The position numbers and the translations under genes are program-made. Below are positions 7,045 through 12,157 of a DNA stretch of 12,157 nucleotides, in pieces. Below the pieces are notes generated by a model. That model was not told the origin of the DNA. It did not search any database and saw nothing but the letters and a program-made list of their open reading frames with translations. The number at the start of each line of letters is the position of its first letter. Positions within the stretch are counted from its first letter, which is position 1. Source of the DNA: an uncultured Candidatus Poseidoniales archaeon (lineage in GTDB: Archaea > Thermoplasmatota > Poseidoniia > Poseidoniales > CAYMED01); NCBI GenBank assembly GCA_964389655.1, contig CAYMED010000024.1, positions 6,019 through 18,175 on the forward strand, written 5' to 3'.

Positions 7045-8472
7045 ATGGGCCTATTCGATCGATTCAGAAAGAAGATTAAGAAAGCGGTTGAAGATATTGA
7101 CGAAGAGGAATTAGCAGCATCCGAAGATAGCCAAGAAGCAATAGATGCACTCACAAAAAAACAAGATGCGATAGAACAGAATCATGAACTTCACTCTACT
7201 AAAGAATCCCCCCCTTCCTCTGATTATGAAGAAGACGAATGGGACGATATTGAGGATGTCTTAGAATCTTTGGAAGATTTAGAAGACGAATGGGATGAAT
7301 GGGATGAGGAAGAGGTTGAAGCCCCCCCACCAATGAATATCACTAAGAAAGAACGTAAACGTTTGAAAAGCCAAAGAAAATCAGAACAAAAGTCGGTTAA
7401 GAAAGCCGAGAAGAAGACTAAGAAAAGGGGCCTTGCCGAAGTCGGCCGAATGAAAGGCTCTCAAGTGGATTTACACATGATGCGCTCCACCACTGGTAGA
7501 AAATTAGTCAGTGTCAAGGCAGCACCAAAAGGCTCTACTGGAAGTAAAACTGTGGAGACCTTCGAAGGTCAAGATATCGAAATAGACTTGGGAGGTGGAG
7601 TAGTAGAAAGTGGAGGTAAGGTAATCAAAGAAAGCACTGCCCTCGATGAACTTCTTGAAGAATTGGAATGGGCCTTACTCGAAGCGGATATGAGTAGCGA
7701 TGCAACTACTGAAGTATTGAGGGCACTAAGAACAGAACTTGTAGGCAGCAGATTACGTAAAGGGGCGGATATATCCAAAGTTGTAGAAGCCAGTTTGAAA
7801 AGATCTCTTCACGCCCTGTTAAGTGCGGATTATTGGGATTTTAATGCAACTGTAGATTCAATGATCGATGCAGGAGATACGCCCGTGGTAATCATGATGG
7901 TTGGAGTTAATGGGACCGGTAAGACAACCACTGCTGCAAAAATCGCCCACCGTTTGAAGGAGGATGGCCGCACAGTTGTTGCGGCAGCAGCAGATACATT
8001 CAGAGCAGGGGCAATAGAACAACTCGAAACTCACTGTGAACGCATAGGTATACGTTGCATTTCTAGTCAACGCGGAGGGGATGCTGCAGCAATTGCTCGT
8101 GATGCTGTTGAAAGTGCAAAAGCCAGAGATGCGGATGTAGTTATCATCGATACTGCAGGAAGAATGCAAAACAAAATCAATCTGATGAATGAGTTACAGA
8201 AAGTACATCGCGTCTGCAAACCCCACTTAGTTTTGTTTGTCGGAGACGCATTAGCTGGTAATGATGCGGTTGATCAAGCCATTCAATTCCAGGAAATTTT
8301 AAAATTTGATGGAGCGGTACTTTCCAAGATGGATACAGATGCTAAAGGGGGAGCGGGACTATCGATCGCTTTCTCAACAGGGCGCCCTATTGTGTTAGCA
8401 GGAATTGGACAAGAATATGGTGATTTAATTCAATTCGACCCAACATGGTTACTGAAGCAATTGTGGGATTGA
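7045..8472 (+). CDS. ftsY: Signal recognition particle receptor FtsY
   Basis: NG-domain motifs LLEADM, GVNGTGKTTT, DTFRAGA, DTAGR, KMDTDAKGG and GIGQEYGDL. N-terminal MGLFDRFRKK amphipathic helix and acidic region. SD GAGGTG at 7034-7039. Confidence 0.97.
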   Translation: MGLFDRFRKKIKKAVEDIDEEELAASEDSQEAIDALTKKQDAIEQNHELHSTKESPPSSDYEEDEWDDIEDVLESLEDLEDEWDEWDEEEVEAPPPMNITKKERKRLKSQRKSEQKSVKKAEKKTKKRGLAEVGRMKGSQVDLHMMRSTTGRKLVSVKAAPKGSTGSKTVETFEGQDIEIDLGGGVVESGGKVIKESTALDELLEELEWALLEADMSSDATTEVLRALRTELVGSRLRKGADISKVVEASLKRSLHALLSADYWDFNATVDSMIDAGDTPVVIMMVGVNGTGKTTTAAKIAHRLKEDGRTVVAAAADTFRAGAIEQLETHCERIGIRCISSQRGGDAAAIARDAVESAKARDADVVIIDTAGRMQNKINLMNELQKVHRVCKPHLVLFVGDALAGNDAVDQAIQFQEILKFDGAVLSKMDTDAKGGAGLSIAFSTGRPIVLAGIGQEYGDLIQFDPTWLLKQLWD

Positions 8473-8506
8473 TTAATTTCATCATTGATGACTTGGAGGG
8501 TTATTC

Positions 8507-8887
8507 ATGGAGGAGGACATTTTCAACGACGAGGCAAGCGCTCGCTTGTTCACAGTCATTCATATGTTTCAACGCTCAGCACTGGTAAATCTGGGATTTA
8601 TCGCCGATCACGAAGGAACCACTCACTGGAATCCGGCAGAGGCCAAAGAAGCCATAGATATTCTCTCGATGCTTCAAAAGAAGACTACCGGCAACCTCAA
8701 CAATACAGAAGAACAACTTCTCAAGGGCGTGATTTCAGAATTACAAATGCAATTTGTCAAGGCTCCCGAAATGAAAAGACTTAGGGAAGAACAAGAAGCA
8801 AGTAGCGAAGAAACCCATCAGGCATTCACCAACCCGAGAGAGGGGCCGGTTGAAGAATTGGTCTCTGATGACGCCGAAGAGGAATAA
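8507..8887 (+). CDS. DUF1844 family protein
   Basis: ALVNLG...AKEAIDILSMLQKKTTGNLNNTEEQLLKGVISELQMQFV fits the DUF1844 pattern (IDxLxxLxxKTxGNL..E..LL). SD GGAGG at 8495-8499. Confidence 0.8.
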   Translation: MEEDIFNDEASARLFTVIHMFQRSALVNLGFIADHEGTTHWNPAEAKEAIDILSMLQKKTTGNLNNTEEQLLKGVISELQMQFVKAPEMKRLREEQEASSEETHQAFTNPREGPVEELVSDDAEEE

Positions 8888-8929
8888 ACTCTGCGAACGC
8901 TTCATGACCTCAAGCGTGGTGAGAATAGC

Positions 8930-9628
8930 ATGAGCCGTGTGGGAGAGGTGGATGACCCTGATGCACCCACCGTTCTGATTGTCGACAATAATCAAATGAC
9001 ACACATGAGGCTTAAACAAATATTTACTCAACGCGACTTCAACATCATCGAATGTACTGATGGGGATAAAGCGGTTGACGAATATATCCGACATGAACCC
9101 GAATTAGTCATGCTTTCTCTCGATATTCCCACTTTAGACGGACATGTTACAGCACTGGAGATGAGGGAACACGGGGGGGACTGCCGCATCGTATTTCTAG
9201 CGCCCCGTAGATTGAGAGGTTTGGCAGAGAACGCGACCCATTCAGCTGGAGCAGTAGCATGGTTGGAAAAACCAGTCACGGACGCGTCATTAGGGGAGAA
9301 ATGGCAGGATATCTTAGGCCCAATACCAGATGCCCCAGGTCTGGATGATCTAGATGAGTTACATCCGATGAAGGAAGAAGATGTGATTGAAGTATCAATT
9401 GAAGAAGACGGGACCCCAAACTTGAATCTCCCATCCCTTCCATTACCAGACCTTCCAATCCAAATACCGGAAGAAGAACAGGAAATCCCTCTAAAGTTGC
9501 CCATTAACCCTGTGGCTGAAAAGAAGAAGAAAAAGAAAAGCAAACTGTGGTGGCTACCAGTTTTGACCATAGTTATTCTAATTGCATGGCAAGTAAATGC
9601 CACATATACATACATCCAACTCACTTGA
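8930..9628 (+). CDS. Receiver (CheY-like) domain protein, apparently aspartate-less, with Pro/acidic linker and C-terminal membrane anchor
   Basis: REC fold motifs VLIVD, DGDKA, PELVML.LDIPTLDG, IVFL and AGAVAWLEKPV. The C-terminus is KKKKKKSK followed by hydrophobic LWWLPVLTIVILIAW. Confidence 0.82.
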   Translation: MSRVGEVDDPDAPTVLIVDNNQMTHMRLKQIFTQRDFNIIECTDGDKAVDEYIRHEPELVMLSLDIPTLDGHVTALEMREHGGDCRIVFLAPRRLRGLAENATHSAGAVAWLEKPVTDASLGEKWQDILGPIPDAPGLDDLDELHPMKEEDVIEVSIEEDGTPNLNLPSLPLPDLPIQIPEEEQEIPLKLPINPVAEKKKKKKSKLWWLPVLTIVILIAWQVNATYTYIQLT

Positions 9629-9848
9629 TGTGGCCATCCATTGCGATAACCATTTTTTGGTCATGAAGTTGACTGCCCATTGGGGCTTGGATCACTTCTT
9701 CAATATGCACATTTGAATCATTGAGTAGAGTCGGATCTCCCATTGCAAGTCTGGAATCTAGAGAACCCATTCTCGTCCAATGGCGAAACGCCATCCAAAC
9801 CAAAATACAAGTTGTTGTCCCGGCCAAAACCCAAGAAACAACACTCAT
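9621..9848 (-). CDS. Small hypothetical membrane protein (75 aa, N-terminal TM helix)
   Basis: ATG at 9848 overlaps the pyrF TGA (ATGA coupling). The N-terminus VVSWVLAGTTTCILVWMAF is hydrophobic and followed by RHWTR. The ORF exactly fills the gap between genes. Confidence 0.68.
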   Translation of the reverse strand: MSVVSWVLAGTTTCILVWMAFRHWTRMGSLDSRLAMGDPTLLNDSNVHIEEVIQAPMGSQLHDQKMVIAMDGHIK

Positions 9849-10642
9849 TTTTTCCTCTCCAACAAAGCATCCCATGATGCTTGAGCATATGCCAACGCAG
9901 CGGCACCAGGATCCTCCGATTTGTGAATTCCACTTCCAACAATAATCCCATCCGAACCAGCCAACACCGCTTCTCTTGGATGGCCATATCTTTGACCCAT
10001 TTCCCCATCTCCTATATTCAGATTAACACCTGGGGTCCAGATCATTTTTTCCACACCAACCCTTTCTCTCAAACGTGCAATTTCTTCCACATCACTTCCA
10101 TTGCCAATAAATCCGAAAACACCCTCGTGCGCTGAACCAACTTCAACAACTTTGTTTGAATAATCTCCTTGAAGCAAATTACCACGACTACTCATCTGGG
10201 CTAATAGTAAGACTCCCCCAACCCTGCCAGCATTAGACCAGGCCTCTTGCAAACCATCAATAATATCCGGTCCACTAATCAAGTGAGCAGTAACAATATC
10301 TCCCCAGTTACTGATATTGTGAACGCCCCCCATTTGGTCCCTAGATATCTTTCCGATATCTGCAAATTTACGATCTTCAAAAATTAGCATACCTGCATCC
10401 TTTGCTTTATTACAAAACTTACCCCAAGCATCCGGAGTCCAATCAGTGACAAGATCTACGTGAGTTTTCAGAGCAACAACATATGGAGAAACTAACTCCA
10501 ATAATTGATTCAAATCTTCCATATCATACTTATCTGCAGCCAGCACAACAAGGCTTTGCTTTTTCACACAACCCCTCATCCATTCGCGGGCCAACACTGA
10601 CTCGTTGGAAGACCAACGCTCACCCCAGATATTGGCATCCAT
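9845..10642 (-). CDS. pyrF: Orotidine-5'-phosphate decarboxylase, Ura3/UMPS-like type
   Basis: LKTHVD, FEDRKFADIG (DxKxxD catalytic motif), LLLAQMSSRGNL, TPGV, GQRY and DGIIVGSGI. ATG 10642; TTG 10648 is an alternative. Confidence 0.96.
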   Translation of the reverse strand: MDANIWGERWSSNESVLAREWMRGCVKKQSLVVLAADKYDMEDLNQLLELVSPYVVALKTHVDLVTDWTPDAWGKFCNKAKDAGMLIFEDRKFADIGKISRDQMGGVHNISNWGDIVTAHLISGPDIIDGLQEAWSNAGRVGGVLLLAQMSSRGNLLQGDYSNKVVEVGSAHEGVFGFIGNGSDVEEIARLRERVGVEKMIWTPGVNLNIGDGEMGQRYGHPREAVLAGSDGIIVGSGIHKSEDPGAAALAYAQASWDALLERKK

Positions 10643-10674
10643 CAGCAATGCTCAACGGCTTCGGCGTGTCAACC

Positions 10675-11646
10675 TTACGATAACAAATCCTGCATCGTAT
10701 CTACAATTATTTCATGTGGTGATTTCACACCATCCAATAATTCAAATTGACTTGAAGAATCATAATCAACATGAGTTCCGATACTGCCTCTCATGTCTTT
10801 GAGACGGAGTTTGGGGTGAAAAATCGCCACCCCATATGCAAGCACTCGGGGTAAATTACGAACCGCCCATTTCCGTTGAGGAAACTCTTTTCGCAATAAC
10901 AAACCAACATCCCGCATCCACATACCTCCAGAATGAATCAGATACCTCTTGCCATTTACCCCCTTGTCCAATGCCGCAATGTGTGCCCTTGCAACATCAT
11001 CAACTCCAACGAAATTAATGTGTACATTCAAAACAAATGAAGAACCACTAAGAAAATGTTTGAGGTATGACATTGAACCTTCCATGTGCCGTTTTTGTAG
11101 AGGTTTGCCGAAAATTATCGACGGATGTATAGTTACCAATTTCACATCTTTATTCTCAGCCCATTCTCTAATTATTCGTTCAGCCCCCGCCTTTGCAAGG
11201 CCATATGGATTTGATTCCAAAGTAGCATCATCACACCAATCATCAACACCATACTTTGATCCATTGACATATTTCGTGGGTCTAATTGCCGCAACCGAGG
11301 AGGTGTGAATCACCGTTTTTACTTCACCCTCGGGGATAGCAGAAATTAGATTTTTTGTACCCATAATAGATGGGTCGACAACTTCTTTTTGACTATCTTT
11401 AACTCCAACACTCAATGCGGCAGCACAGTGAATAATCTCATCACAACCCTCAACTGCAGCTTTGACAGAATCAAGGTTTAGTAAATCCATCTGTACAATT
11501 TCTACTTCTCCAAATTGGCGAAGAAACTCTGCTTTCTCAGGACTCCGTACAGCAGCCTTCACATTCTTTCCATCTTCAATGAGTTGCTTTGTAACATGGC
11601 TACCAAGAAAACCACTTGCTCCAGTTACTAGGGTTTTTCCGCCCAT
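10675..11646 (-). CDS. NAD-dependent epimerase/dehydratase family extended SDR (dihydroflavonol/cinnamoyl-CoA/aldehyde reductase-like)
   Basis: VTGASGFLG Rossmann motif, IIHCAA, VDPSIMGTKNL, TSSVAAI, YGLAK (YxxxK), TIHPSIIFG and FVGVDDVARAH. Confidence 0.9.
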   Translation of the reverse strand: MGGKTLVTGASGFLGSHVTKQLIEDGKNVKAAVRSPEKAEFLRQFGEVEIVQMDLLNLDSVKAAVEGCDEIIHCAAALSVGVKDSQKEVVDPSIMGTKNLISAIPEGEVKTVIHTSSVAAIRPTKYVNGSKYGVDDWCDDATLESNPYGLAKAGAERIIREWAENKDVKLVTIHPSIIFGKPLQKRHMEGSMSYLKHFLSGSSFVLNVHINFVGVDDVARAHIAALDKGVNGKRYLIHSGGMWMRDVGLLLRKEFPQRKWAVRNLPRVLAYGVAIFHPKLRLKDMRGSIGTHVDYDSSSQFELLDGVKSPHEIIVDTMQDLLS

Positions 11647-11647
11647 T

Positions 11648-12157
11648 TCAAGCAGCCCGCTTTGAATCGATAAAACTCTTCAAATCTGAACCATATGAAA
11701 CTCCAACGAATATCAACCAAGTTAGGAAAGACATCCACCACATTCCACCTAGGCCGCCGCTCCAAGGCTCTTCATCACCAACTATCGGGCCGCCCATCAA
11801 ACCGTAGAACAAAATCCCCAATCCTAACAAGGAAGAAATTGCAACAACGCTCCATTTATCGATCATTTCCAATTTTTCTTCCACAGGGGTTCCGTCAAGG
11901 ATTCCCCACCCGTTAAGGAATAACAGAAGAAGCCACAAACTCAGGACAATAATAGTAATACATAGTGTTACATTCATTGTTGTGCTAGCAGCAGCCATCT
12001 CCGAACAAACAGGCCCACCATCGAAACCCTCAGATTCAGCCTCATCGGCAAATTCAACACATTCACTCATTGACTCGGATGTTGATTCCAACACATACCC
12101 GCCGCTTGTCACTTCGAGGGAAATTTCAGTTAAGCCCATGTTGTAAACCATATCAAC
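11648..12157 (-). CDS. Hypothetical multi-pass membrane protein, probably 5'-truncated by the window edge
   Basis: The frame stays open to the window end. Three hydrophobic segments follow an acidic loop with two Cys. The stop lies 1 nt before the SDR ATG, as in an operon. Confidence 0.7.
   Translation of the reverse strand, partial: VDMVYNMGLTEISLEVTSGGYVLESTSESMSECVEFADEAESEGFDGGPVCSEMAAASTTMNVTLCITIIVLSLWLLLLFLNGWGILDGTPVEEKLEMIDKWSVVAISSLLGLGILFYGLMGGPIVGDEEPWSGGLGGMWWMSFLTWLIFVGVSYGSDLKSFIDSKRAA

Noticed and set aside
8485-8784. 99-aa basic ORF overlapping DUF1844 in another frame
   Set aside because: It has a TTG start and no family motif, whereas the 8507 frame has an SD and a recognisable domain.
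9028-9624. 198-aa antisense ORF with a poly-Phe stretch
   Set aside because: It lies entirely opposite the receiver gene, and the poly-Phe mirrors the poly-Lys codons.

Overview
Gene-dense archaeal chromosomal window. The combination of GGGP synthase, rpl18a(LX)-pfdA-ftsY, and a PGF-CTERM-anchored TSP3-repeat subtilase suggests Thermoplasmatota, most likely Marine Group II/Poseidoniales (inference). It holds 13 protein genes; I saw no RNA genes, CRISPR array or mobile element. The standout is a minus-strand pair: an actin-fold ATPase matching magnetosome MamK motif by motif (not canonical MreB), followed by a ~420-aa head-rod-acidic-tail coiled-coil protein, with no magnetosome or mreCD genes nearby. 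This is a candidate archaeal cytoskeletal or positioning system. Also notable are a tail-anchored aspartate-less receiver protein next to DUF1844, a Ura3/UMPS-like (eukaryote-type) OMP decarboxylase, extensions on FtsY/PfdA/L18a, a degenerate TATA-position motif, and several intergenic palindromes. All family calls come from motif recognition and remembered sequences; no searches were run.
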